DNA of 64,000 bases, from assembly GCA_965213675.1 (NCBI GenBank), contig OZ243916.1:1280001-1344000 (forward strand), given 5' to 3'. This DNA is from an uncultured Candidatus Binatia bacterium. GTDB taxonomy: Bacteria; Desulfobacterota; Binatia; UBA9968; JAJDTQ01. Positions 8,830 to 17,681 of the stretch are shown piece after piece. Numbering within the stretch: position 1 is the stretch's first letter; every line of letters begins with the position of its first letter. The notes beneath the pieces are model-generated. The model saw only the letters and a program-made list of their open reading frames with translations. It did no database searches and was not told the origin of the DNA. A program made the position numbers and the translations under genes.

Positions 8830-9945
8830 ATGAACAAGGCCGCGGCCCTCGACACGGCAATCGGATCGGAACGAAACCTCAATGAAGCGTCCGGCTTCGC
8901 CCCTGTCAGCCCATACGAGATCTACCAGCAGTGGGAAGGCGTCCCCGTGTACAAGGGATTCATCATCGACGACCTGCTGGAACTGGAGCTGGGCGACTGG
9001 GCGCGCACCGGCGGCAAGGGCGCGTTCGTCAACCTCGACGGCGCCGGCGGCACCTGCGACACGGTGATTCAGGAGATCGCTCCGGGCAAGGAACTGCGGC
9101 CACAGCGGCACCTGTTCGAGGAGGCGGTGTTCATTCTGTCCGGTCACGGCGCCACCACCCTGTGGAACGAGGGCGGCCGCAAGCACACCCTGGAATGGCA
9201 CAAGGGCAGCCTCTTCTCCATCCCGCTCAACGCGTGGTTCCAGCACTTCAACGCCCAGGGCCGGGAGCCGGTGCGCATGATCTCCCTCACCGACGCCACG
9301 GTGGTCGTCAACCGCTACCGGAACCTGGACTACATCTTCAACAACCCCTTCACTTTCGGCGACCGCTACCAGGGAGACGCCAACGAATGGGGCAAGCCCG
9401 GACGCTACCTCGAAGGGGTCAAGAAGGGCCGGGTGTGGGAGTCCAACTTCATCGCCGACCTGTGGCAATTCCAGCCCAAGGACTACAAGGAGCGCGGCGG
9501 CGGCAACCGCACCACCCTGTTCGAGTTCGTCGACAACACCATGAGCGCGCACCTCTCGGAGTTCCCCGTGGGCAAGTACAAGAAGGCCCACCGGCACGGC
9601 GCCGGCGCGCACATCATCATGCTCACCGGCTCCGGCTACTCCTTCCTGTGGGAGGAAGGCGCGCCGAGGAAACGCGTGCAATGGGGCCGCATGAGCATGT
9701 TCGTGCCCCCCATCCAGTGGTGGCACCAACACTTCAACAACGGCGCCGAGCCCGCGCGCTACCTGGCCCTCAAGCCCTGGGGCTTCAAGTACAAGGTGGA
9801 GGAACTGAAGAACACCGGCGAGGACGTGAAAAAGGGCGGCGCCCAGATCGAGTACGAGGACCAGGACCCGGTGATCCACCAGGTCTTCGTGGAAGAGTGC
9901 CGCACCAGCGGCGCCCAGGTGGACATGGCGCAGTTCGGCTTCTGA
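8830..9945 (+). CDS. Bicupin protein (gentisate-dioxygenase-like family)
   Basis: Two cupin motif sets: PQRHLFEE...PLNAWFQHFN and AHRHGAGAH...WWHQHFN. Confidence 0.8.
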   Translation: MNKAAALDTAIGSERNLNEASGFAPVSPYEIYQQWEGVPVYKGFIIDDLLELELGDWARTGGKGAFVNLDGAGGTCDTVIQEIAPGKELRPQRHLFEEAVFILSGHGATTLWNEGGRKHTLEWHKGSLFSIPLNAWFQHFNAQGREPVRMISLTDATVVVNRYRNLDYIFNNPFTFGDRYQGDANEWGKPGRYLEGVKKGRVWESNFIADLWQFQPKDYKERGGGNRTTLFEFVDNTMSAHLSEFPVGKYKKAHRHGAGAHIIMLTGSGYSFLWEEGAPRKRVQWGRMSMFVPPIQWWHQHFNNGAEPARYLALKPWGFKYKVEELKNTGEDVKKGGAQIEYEDQDPVIHQVFVEECRTSGAQVDMAQFGF

Positions 9946-10061
9946 GGCCGCAATCGACCCTGTGTCCACGCAAAGAGCGCAAACATGCCCAACCCCGCTT
10001 GCACGGTAACGGCGGTTCGGCGGGATTGCCCTGGTTGACGATCCGGCGTGTCGGTGGCCGT

Positions 10062-11237
10062 CTATGCCGGCGTCAGCTCCGGTTCCATGGGGTAGGTGGA
10101 GAGGATCTCGGCGCCGCCGGCGGTGACGCGCAGCAGGTGCTCCAGTTTGACCGGGTGGTGGTTGATCTCCAGGGCGACGATCATGTTCTCTTCCAGGGGC
10201 AGGCTGTACTCCGGCGGATCGAAGCCGCGCAGCCAGGGCGCCTCGTAGATGCACAGACCCACGCCGTGAAAGCCGTCCAGACCGGGCAGGCGCGCGGCGG
10301 CGTCCCGGCCGAAGCGGGCGTACAGCTCTGTGCACGGGCCGGGCCGGACGTATCCGAGAGCCTCCTGCAGCGTCGCGTACGCCTCGGCGTAGCGGTCCTT
10401 GTCGGCTTGGGACGGTTTCCCGTGGCAGAAGGTGCGGGCGAAGTCGCTGTAGTAGCCGCCGGGGCCGGCTACGGTGGCGTCACAGATGACCAGATCGCCT
10501 TCGGTCATCACCAGGTCCATGCCCATGGGCTCGCGATGGGGACGGATGGCCATTTGCGAGGAATCGAAGATGGAGATGAACTCGCTGCCTGCCTCGAAGC
10601 CCTGTTCCAGCAGGTATTCGAGCATCATGCGGCTGAGCCGTTCCTCCACCACCGGCGGCTTGCGCACCGCCTCCCGCACCAAGTCGTAACCGCCCTCTTT
10701 GGCGCGGCTGGTCCAGCGGATGAGTTCCACCTCGTCGCGCGTCTTCACCACCCGCGCCTCCCCCAGGGCCGGCAGGCCGTCCACCACCGCGAAGCCGCTC
10801 TCCCGCAGGAGGTCCACCGCGCCGAGGCACAAGGCGTCCACACCCACCCCTTCCCCGGAAACGCCCATCTGCTTCAACCCGTCGGCGGCCAGGTTCACGA
10901 AGTCCCGGGTGGCCGCCGGCGGCCGCATGCCAAACATGTAGGCGCCAAAACCCTGAATCGAGCCCCCCTTCTTCAGGCCGGCGGCGCGCTCGCTGCCGAA
11001 CAGGCGCTCGTAGACCACGGGTTCGCCTTCGGCGGGCACGAGCACGAAGCGCTGCACCCCGGTTGCGCGCAGATTGAGCCACAGCACGGTGTTGGTGGCG
11101 TAGCGGATGTTGAGCGGGTCGGTGAGCAGCAGCGCGCCGAGGCCGCGGGCGCGCATGATGCCCTGCAGCCGGTGGAGGCGGTCGGCGCGGAGGCGGTCGA
11201 CGTCCACGCCGAAGGGCGAAAGATCCACGTGGAACAT
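10062..11237 (-). CDS. M24 (Xaa-Pro peptidase/creatinase/DddP-like) metalloenzyme
   Basis: Creatinase-type N domain (DPLNIRYAT); metal ligands D, D (DATV...YYSDFART), H (HGVG), E, E. Confidence 0.85.
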   Translation of the reverse strand: MFHVDLSPFGVDVDRLRADRLHRLQGIMRARGLGALLLTDPLNIRYATNTVLWLNLRATGVQRFVLVPAEGEPVVYERLFGSERAAGLKKGGSIQGFGAYMFGMRPPAATRDFVNLAADGLKQMGVSGEGVGVDALCLGAVDLLRESGFAVVDGLPALGEARVVKTRDEVELIRWTSRAKEGGYDLVREAVRKPPVVEERLSRMMLEYLLEQGFEAGSEFISIFDSSQMAIRPHREPMGMDLVMTEGDLVICDATVAGPGGYYSDFARTFCHGKPSQADKDRYAEAYATLQEALGYVRPGPCTELYARFGRDAAARLPGLDGFHGVGLCIYEAPWLRGFDPPEYSLPLEENMIVALEINHHPVKLEHLLRVTAGGAEILSTYPMEPELTPA

Positions 11238-11250
11238 GCCGGTTCCCGGG

Positions 11251-11883
11251 CTATTCCGGAACGGACGGCAACGCGTCCATCACCCCGATCATGCTGTCAC
11301 GCGTGACGAGCTTCTCCAGTTCCGCGACGCTCAGCCCCTCGGTCCCCGCCGGTCGCGCCGGGATCACCAGGTAGCGCATGTCCGCGGTGCTGTCGTGCAC
11401 CCGCACCTCCACGTCGTCGGGCACCTCCAGGCCGAATTCGCGCAGGACCCCGCGAGGGTCGTTCACCGCGCGCTTGCGGTAGTTGAAGCTCTTGTACCAG
11501 TCGGGCGGCCGCCCCAGGATGGGGCGCGGATAGCACGAGCACAAGGTGCACACCACCATGTGGCGCAGCTCGTCGGTGTTCTCAAGAATCACAAACTCGT
11601 TGAGGGTGCTGGCGTCGATGCCCATCTCGGCGCAGACCTTCTTGGGATCCGCCTTGAAGCGCGCCTTGAACGCCGGGTCGGTCCAGGCCCGGGCCACCAG
11701 CCGGGCGCCGTTGGCCGGCGTCTTGGACTCGGTGAATTCCGCCTGCTGGCGGATATCGTCCTCGTTGACGATGCCCTTCTCGATGAGGACGTCGCGCATG
11801 GCGTAGGCGCGCTTGGCCCAGTGGCTCAACTCGTGCCGCGGCCCTGCCTCGTGTTCCTCGCCCGGTTCGTGCTCGTGTGCCAT
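11251..11883 (-). CDS. Cobalt-type nitrile hydratase alpha / thiocyanate hydrolase gamma-like catalytic subunit
   Basis: VCTLCSCY cobalt-claw motif, ARAWTDPAFK, RVHDSTADMRYLVIPARP; His/Glu-rich N-terminus. Confidence 0.93.
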   Translation of the reverse strand: MAHEHEPGEEHEAGPRHELSHWAKRAYAMRDVLIEKGIVNEDDIRQQAEFTESKTPANGARLVARAWTDPAFKARFKADPKKVCAEMGIDASTLNEFVILENTDELRHMVVCTLCSCYPRPILGRPPDWYKSFNYRKRAVNDPRGVLREFGLEVPDDVEVRVHDSTADMRYLVIPARPAGTEGLSVAELEKLVTRDSMIGVMDALPSVPE

Positions 11884-11900
11884 CCTGTTCCCCCCTCGTC

Positions 11901-12206
11901 TCAGGTCCCCGCCTCCAGGGCGGGCTCGAGCCAGTGCTCGAATACATCCACGAAGATCTTGTCCCGGCTGCCCGTGTCGTAGCCGTCCCACACGTCCCGC
12001 TGGTGAAAACCCACCAGGTAGAGCCGCACCCGCGGCATCCCGTCGCCGCCGTGGCCCAGGGACTCCGGGTTACGGAACTCGCCGTAACAGCGTTCCACCC
12101 AACCGGTCTTGCCCTTGATGTAGAACGGCGTGCGCACGTGACCCGTCTGGAAATGGGACTTCACCCGCACCGCCGACCCGTCTCCGAACGCTGCCGCGCC
12201 GTTCAC
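11901..12206 (-). CDS. NHase beta C-terminal SH3-like half (SCNase alpha-like subunit)
   Basis: GHVRTPFYIKGKTG, LYLVGF...VW, VDVFEHWLEP. Confidence 0.85.
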   Translation of the reverse strand: MNGAAAFGDGSAVRVKSHFQTGHVRTPFYIKGKTGWVERCYGEFRNPESLGHGGDGMPRVRLYLVGFHQRDVWDGYDTGSRDKIFVDVFEHWLEPALEAGT

Positions 12207-12511
12207 GGCTCCCCCCAGCGTTCTTCCAACGCGGCCACTTTCCGGTCGATCTCATCCCGGGTGACCACACCCTTCTCCACCAGGATGGTCTCCAGACTGG
12301 CGATCCAGCGTTCGTAGTAACTGAGCGCCAGGTACGCTTCCGAATCCATATCCTCCCGCGCGCGCCGGGTCTCGTCCGTGCACTTGAGGCCCTTCACCCC
12401 GAGCACCTGGTTCAACGCGTCCGCGAGCACCTCCCAGTCATCCATGGTGTGCTCGGTGCGGTCGATGGGCCCCGCGTCCGGGTCCCCGCCCATGTCATGG
12501 GTCCTTTTCAT
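12203..12511 (-). CDS. NHase beta N-terminal half (SCNase beta-like subunit)
   Basis: HDMGG, WE, DETRRARE, SYYERW and LVEKGVV motifs; GGAGG RBS; 4-bp overlap with the next gene. Confidence 0.87.
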   Translation of the reverse strand: MKRTHDMGGDPDAGPIDRTEHTMDDWEVLADALNQVLGVKGLKCTDETRRAREDMDSEAYLALSYYERWIASLETILVEKGVVTRDEIDRKVAALEERWGEP

Positions 12512-12519
12512 GGCGTCCT

Positions 12520-12644
12520 CCCTAGCAACCTGGGTTTATCAAGAATCTGCTGCGACGCAGGGAAATGAGTCCATTTCCGGTTGGATTTTCGTCCGATATT
12601 ACCAATATTCTTACCAAATTCGATAAACCCGACAGGCTCCTGGG
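12520..12644. mobile_element. MITE-like element with GGAGCCTGTCGGGTTTATC-type termini
   Basis: Right end attcgataaacccgacaggctcctggg; degenerate left end ctagcaacctgggtttatc; related to 17607-17680. Confidence 0.55.
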
Positions 12645-12978
12645 ATTCAGCCATACGGAAAAGCTTTGGGGGTGTCAAGAACGCGCCCGTAACACTCCCC
12701 TGGCGATCACTTCCGCGGAACAGGCTGCGGCAGACTTCGCTTGGGTACGGAATCGCGATGACTCGGGGCGTTGGCGGCCATTTTCATGCAAGCGGAGTCT
12801 GGGCACAGCCGCTTCCGGGACAATGACGACTCGCGAGGACGGCGGCGTGTTTGTGCGTTTCAATGGGTGCGTTTCATTTTGATGGCTCCGTGTATACGAT
12901 GACAGTCCCTATGTCCGATGCCCGTGCCATTGCATTCCCGCGATTCTCACGTCACCGCTCTTCAAGGCAGGCACGCCT

Positions 12979-13518
12979 GTGAACGCGGCTGGGTCCAGAC
13001 CTGACCTGACGCTGGTCCTGGGCGGGGCTCGCGCGGGCAAGAGCGCCTTCGCCGAGGGGCTCGCCAAGGCGTGGGATCAACGCGTTTACGTAGCCACCGC
13101 GGTGGTCACCGACGACGAGATGGCGGCGCGCATCGCGCAGCACCGAGCCCGCCGAGACCCGGACTGGCGCACCGTCGAGGAACCCCTTGAGCTGCCCGCC
13201 GTAGTCCGGCGGGAAAGCGCGCCGCGCACCGGCCTGTTGGTGGACTGCCTCACGGTCTGGCTCGGGAACCTCATGCACCACCAACGTGACGCGGATACCG
13301 CGTGCGCAGCGCTCCTCGAAGCGCTCGCGGCGGCACCCGGGCCGGTGGTGCTGGTGGCCAACGAGGTCGGGCTTGGCATCGTGCCGGACAACGCGTTGGC
13401 GCGGGCCTTTCGTGACCACGCGGGACGGCTCCACCAGTCGGTGGCCCGCGTTGCGGGCCGCGTTTTCTTCGTAGCCGCCGGCATCCCCATGACCCTCAAG
13501 GGTGCGGCGCCCGACTGA
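12979..13518 (+). CDS. cobU: Adenosylcobinamide kinase / cobinamide-phosphate guanylyltransferase
   Basis: GGARAGKS, RIAQHRARR, VDCLTVW, NEVGLGIVP. Confidence 0.95.
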   Translation: MNAAGSRPDLTLVLGGARAGKSAFAEGLAKAWDQRVYVATAVVTDDEMAARIAQHRARRDPDWRTVEEPLELPAVVRRESAPRTGLLVDCLTVWLGNLMHHQRDADTACAALLEALAAAPGPVVLVANEVGLGIVPDNALARAFRDHAGRLHQSVARVAGRVFFVAAGIPMTLKGAAPD

Positions 13519-14984
13519 TGGCCGCCCGGACACTCATGTTTCAGGGGACGGCATCGGATGCCGGCAAATCGCTGGTCACCGCCGGCCTCTGCCGCGCGCT
13601 GACACGCCGGGGCTACGCGGTGCGCCCGTTCAAGCCGCAAAACATGTCCAACAACGCCGCCGTCACCCCGGACGGCGGCGAAATCGGCCGCGCCCAGGCG
13701 CTGCAGGCCAGAGCCTGCCGGGTGGAGCCGGCGGTGGACATGAACCCGGTGCTGCTAAAACCGCAGTCCGATGTCGGCGCCCAGGTGGTGGTTCACGGCA
13801 AGGTACGCGGCAACTACGGCGCCGTCGGGTTTCAGAACGTCAAGCGCGAGCTGATGCCGGCGGTGTTGGAGAGTTTCCAACGGCTTGCGGCGGAAGCGGA
13901 TTTCGTGCTGGTGGAAGGCGCGGGCAGCGCCGCCGAAGTCAACCTGCGCGCCGGCGACATCGCCAACATGGGATTCGCCACGGCCACCGGCGCGCCCGTG
14001 GTTCTGGTGGCCGACATCGACCGGGGCGGGGTCATCGCGAACCTCGTGGGCACTTGGGAGCTCTTGCCGGAAGACGAGCGCCGGTTGTTGCAAGGCTACC
14101 TCATCAACCGGTTTCGCGGCGATGCCCGCCTGTTCGCCGGCGGCCTGGGCGCCATCACCGCGCGCACCGGCCTGCCCTCCTTCGGCATCATCCCGCATCT
14201 CGCCGCCGCCCGGCGCCTGCCACAGGAAGACGCCTACTCCCTCGACAACGGCCCACCAGTGCAGGGCGCCGGCGGCTTCCGTGTCGCCGTGCCGCGCCTG
14301 CCGCACATCGCCAACTTCGACGACCTGGATCCACTGGCGGAAGAACCCGCCGTGCGCCTGGAGGTGGTGCCGCCCGGACGCCCGCTACCCGGCGACGCGG
14401 CGCTGGTGATCCTGCCGGGCTCCAAGGCGACGGTGGCGGACCTGCGGGCCGTCAAGCGCGAAGGATGGGACATCGACCTGCTCGCGCACCGCCGCCGGGG
14501 CGGCGCGATCCTGGGCATCTGCGCCGGCTACCAGATGCTCGGGCGAAAGGTGGCGGACCCCCGTGGCATCGAGGGGCCGCCGGGCGCGGAAGACGGCCTG
14601 GGTCTGCTCGATCACGAAACGCTCCTCACCGGCGGCAAGACGCTCACGCGGGTGGCCGGGGTCGGCAAGACCGTGGCCGCTCCCTTCGCCGGATACGAAA
14701 TGCACGTGGGCGAGACCACCGGCGGCACGGACCAGCCGTTCCTCGCACCCGACGGCCCGTCCCACGACCCCGGCGGCGTGTCGGCGGACGGGCGCGTCAT
14801 GGGTTGTTACGTCCACGGACTCTTCGCCGCAGACGGTTTCCGGCGCGCCTTCCTGCGCGCCCTGGGGGACACCGGCCCGTTCAGCCCATCCTGGGAGGCC
14901 AGTGTGGAAGAAGCCCTGGACAGCGTGGCCGAGGCGTTTGAAGAAGCCATCGACATCGACGGCCTGATGGCCACGGCCCGTTGA
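13518..14984 (+). CDS. cobQ: Cobyric acid synthase
   Basis: GTASDAGKS, FKPQNMSNN, EGAGS, GICAGYQMLG, YVHG. Confidence 0.96.
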   Translation: MAARTLMFQGTASDAGKSLVTAGLCRALTRRGYAVRPFKPQNMSNNAAVTPDGGEIGRAQALQARACRVEPAVDMNPVLLKPQSDVGAQVVVHGKVRGNYGAVGFQNVKRELMPAVLESFQRLAAEADFVLVEGAGSAAEVNLRAGDIANMGFATATGAPVVLVADIDRGGVIANLVGTWELLPEDERRLLQGYLINRFRGDARLFAGGLGAITARTGLPSFGIIPHLAAARRLPQEDAYSLDNGPPVQGAGGFRVAVPRLPHIANFDDLDPLAEEPAVRLEVVPPGRPLPGDAALVILPGSKATVADLRAVKREGWDIDLLAHRRRGGAILGICAGYQMLGRKVADPRGIEGPPGAEDGLGLLDHETLLTGGKTLTRVAGVGKTVAAPFAGYEMHVGETTGGTDQPFLAPDGPSHDPGGVSADGRVMGCYVHGLFAADGFRRAFLRALGDTGPFSPSWEASVEEALDSVAEAFEEAIDIDGLMATAR

Positions 14985-15024
14985 ACCCATGAGGTGGCGC
15001 TGAGAGCCCACCCGTGTCGGGCCA

Positions 15025-16002
15025 TCAACCCGCTCCGGCCGCCAGCCAAGGCGCGCCGATCACCAGGAACAACAGCGCGCAGGCGCCCACATAGACCCGA
15101 AGCCCCCGGCGGATGTCGTGAGCGGTCGCCTCCATGGTCCCGTTCCCGAGCCACGGATCCGGGGTGACGGCGCCTTGGTAATGCCGCGGTCCAGCCAACC
15201 GCAGATCCAATGCTCCGGCCATGGCTCCTTCCGGATAACCGGCGTTGACTGAACGGTGGGCGCCGCCGTCGCGCCACATGATTTCCAGGGCCTGCGCGAC
15301 AATCCCGACACGTCGCTGACCGCCGGATAGCGCCAGCAGCACTCCGGCGATGCGCGCGGGCGCCCAGTTGGCCACGTCGTCCAACCGGGCCGCGGCCCAG
15401 CCGAAGTCGCGGTAGCGGAAGTCGAGATGCCCAATCATGCTGTCCGCGGTGTTCAGCGCCTTGTAGGCCACCATGCCCGGGAGACCGAAGAGCAGGCCCC
15501 AGAACACCGGCGCCACCACGCCGTCATTGAAGTTCTCGGCCAGAGATTCGACAGCGGCGCGAGCCACACCATGGGAGTCGAGGGACTTCGGATCACGCCC
15601 GACGATGTGGGTCACGGCAGTGCGACCGGCCTCGACTCCACCCCCCTCCTGCGCCGTGGCCACTGCGGCGACATGACGATAGAGGCTGTTCTGCGCGATC
15701 AGCGCCGAGGCCAGGAGCGCCTCCAGCCAGAACCCGCCCCAACCGCGGCCCAGCATGGCGTCCACGAGAACCGCCAGCGCGCCGAACGATACGACCACGG
15801 CCAGCGCCGACAACGCCCCCGCAATGCGGGCCACGAGGCGGCGCGACCGCGGCCGGTTGAACAGCCGGTCACAGAACGACAGTGCCCGGCCCATGAGTAC
15901 CGTGGGGTGCGGGATGACGCGATAGAGCCAACGCGGGTCACCGATGACCGCGTCGAGCAACATCGCCGCCAGCACAAGCGCCGCGCTGTCGGAAATGCTC
16001 AT
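15025..16002 (-). CDS. cbiB: Adenosylcobinamide-phosphate synthase
   Basis: IGDP, HP, IVGRD, ESLAENFNDGVVAP, NTADSMIG, ARLDD, NAGYPE. Confidence 0.93.
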   Translation of the reverse strand: MSISDSAALVLAAMLLDAVIGDPRWLYRVIPHPTVLMGRALSFCDRLFNRPRSRRLVARIAGALSALAVVVSFGALAVLVDAMLGRGWGGFWLEALLASALIAQNSLYRHVAAVATAQEGGGVEAGRTAVTHIVGRDPKSLDSHGVARAAVESLAENFNDGVVAPVFWGLLFGLPGMVAYKALNTADSMIGHLDFRYRDFGWAAARLDDVANWAPARIAGVLLALSGGQRRVGIVAQALEIMWRDGGAHRSVNAGYPEGAMAGALDLRLAGPRHYQGAVTPDPWLGNGTMEATAHDIRRGLRVYVGACALLFLVIGAPWLAAGAG

Positions 16003-17033
16003 GCCCGCTGGCGAACGGCGCCGTCCGGCAATGCGTTCTTCAACCCGACGGCAAGCCGGTGGAGCGCCTCCGCGGAAGGTGGAATACCCACTCGAAGCCA
16101 GCGCGGATGGCGCTCGAAGGCACGGACGAGAATCCCGGCCCGGCCAAGGGCGCGATGGAGATGGCGCGCGGCGGGCGCCTCCACCAAGCTGAACAGATCC
16201 GTGCCGCCCACAACGGTCAGGCCGCCCTCCGCGAGCACCGCGTCGAGCTTGCGCCGCATGGCTGCCAACCGGCGGCGGGTATCGGAGGCCCATTCCGCAT
16301 CGACCAACGCGCGCCTGCCAATGTCCAGAGCGGGACCCGACACCGCCCAGGGGCCCAGGCGGCGCGCGATGGTGTCCGCCAGCGCGGGCGCTCCGGCGAT
16401 GAAGCCAAGGCGCAGGCCGGGCAAGCCGAAGAACTTGCCGAACGATCGGATGACGAGCGCATTGGCAAGACCGGGCATCGACGCGAGGCTTGCCCGCGGC
16501 GCCACGTCCGCGAAGGTTTCATCGACGAGGAGCCACCCATCGCGCGCCGCCAGGCGTTGGGCGATTCCCACGAGCGTGCTTCGCTCGATGACGCGACCGT
16601 CGGGATTGTTCGGGTTGACTACCACCACCACGTCGGCGTCGCGGCCATCCGCAAGGGCGGCGACCTCGTCGACCGTGTGGCCCAGCCGACGCCACGCGGC
16701 GGCGTGCTCCTCGTAGGTGGGCGCCAGGACGGCGACGCGGGAGCGGCGCCGCAGGCCGGGCAGCAACTGGATCAGCGCCTGACTGCCGGGCGCCGCGATC
16801 ACACTGTTGTCGGATGGGATTCCATAGGCGCCGCGTGCGCTCTCCCGCAGCGCCGCCAGGGCATCCTCCTGCGGCAGGCGCGTCAGTGATTCCGGATCGA
16901 GTTCCCCGAAGGGCCAGGGCCACGGGTTGACACCGGTGGAAAGGTCGAGCCAACCATCCGCGGGCTTGCCGAAGACCCGCCGGGCAACCGAAAGGTCGCC
17001 GCCGTGCCGTATGGGGAAGGATGTCAGGTCCAC
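15999..17033 (-). CDS. cobD: Threonine-phosphate decarboxylase
   Basis: HGG, DLSTGVNP, NPNNPDG, VDETF, RSFGKFFGLPGLRLG (PLP lysine). Confidence 0.92.
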   Translation of the reverse strand: MDLTSFPIRHGGDLSVARRVFGKPADGWLDLSTGVNPWPWPFGELDPESLTRLPQEDALAALRESARGAYGIPSDNSVIAAPGSQALIQLLPGLRRRSRVAVLAPTYEEHAAAWRRLGHTVDEVAALADGRDADVVVVVNPNNPDGRVIERSTLVGIAQRLAARDGWLLVDETFADVAPRASLASMPGLANALVIRSFGKFFGLPGLRLGFIAGAPALADTIARRLGPWAVSGPALDIGRRALVDAEWASDTRRRLAAMRRKLDAVLAEGGLTVVGGTDLFSLVEAPAARHLHRALGRAGILVRAFERHPRWLRVGIPPSAEALHRLAVGLKNALPDGAVRQRA

Positions 17034-17596
17034 GCCCCCTCGTCATGGGGACGGAATCGCGCCAGATCGGGCTCGGTCAAAGGCTTCACCTCCACCGCGG
17101 CGCCAAAGTCCACCTGCCCCGTCCATGCGTCCGTAGCGCCGGACAAGGCCCGCGCCACCTTGATGACGCCGCCGTGGGTCACCAACGCATGACACGTGCC
17201 GCTGCGCCCGAAATCCGCCAGCGCCGCACCAACCCGTTCCGTGACCATGCGCACACTTTCGCCCCCGTGGGGCCGGGCGTCAAGGAAATCCGCCGCCCAG
17301 GCATCCAGTTCCGTCCGTTCAATCACAGCCCACGAAAGGCCTTGCCAGCGCCCGAAGTCCATTTCCCCGAGCCGCTCGTCCACCACCGGAACGAGCCCCC
17401 GCGCCGCGCCGATCCGTTCCGCCAGCCGCGTACAGCGCCGCAACGGACTGGTCACCAGCCGCTCCACCGCGGGAAGCGCCGCCACCACGCGCGCGGCCTC
17501 TTCCTCGAAGGTCGCCGCCACGTCCACGTCTTTCACGCCGTAACACAGGTCGTCCGTGACCGCCGGCCGCGTATGACGAATCAAGATCAGGCGCAT
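17024..17596 (-). CDS. cobC: Alpha-ribazole phosphatase (histidine phosphatase)
   Basis: LIRHT, SPLRRC, EMDFGRWQG, GGES, THGG; cob context. Confidence 0.88.
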   Translation of the reverse strand: MRLILIRHTRPAVTDDLCYGVKDVDVAATFEEEAARVVAALPAVERLVTSPLRRCTRLAERIGAARGLVPVVDERLGEMDFGRWQGLSWAVIERTELDAWAADFLDARPHGGESVRMVTERVGAALADFGRSGTCHALVTHGGVIKVARALSGATDAWTGQVDFGAAVEVKPLTEPDLARFRPHDEGAWT

Positions 17597-17606
17597 ACCA
17601 TCGTCC

Positions 17607-17680
17607 CCCAGGAGCCTGTCGGGTTTATCGAATCGTAGCGAGAGGCAGGGAAAGACCAGTTTCGGGCGGATTCGAGGAGA
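17607..17680. repeat. Partial copy of the MITE-like element between cobS and cobC
   Basis: cccaggagcctgtcgggtttatcgaat (17607-17633) is the exact reverse complement of 12618-12644. Confidence 0.75.
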
Positions 17681-17681
17681 A

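Noticed and set aside
1061-11306. Long alternative-frame ORFs (e.g. 1061-3451, 1942-3519, 8931-11306, 8740-10335; also 27731-29590 and 52918-55068)
   Set aside because: Arg/Gly/Pro-rich or antisense shadows of well-supported genes, expected in high-GC DNA.
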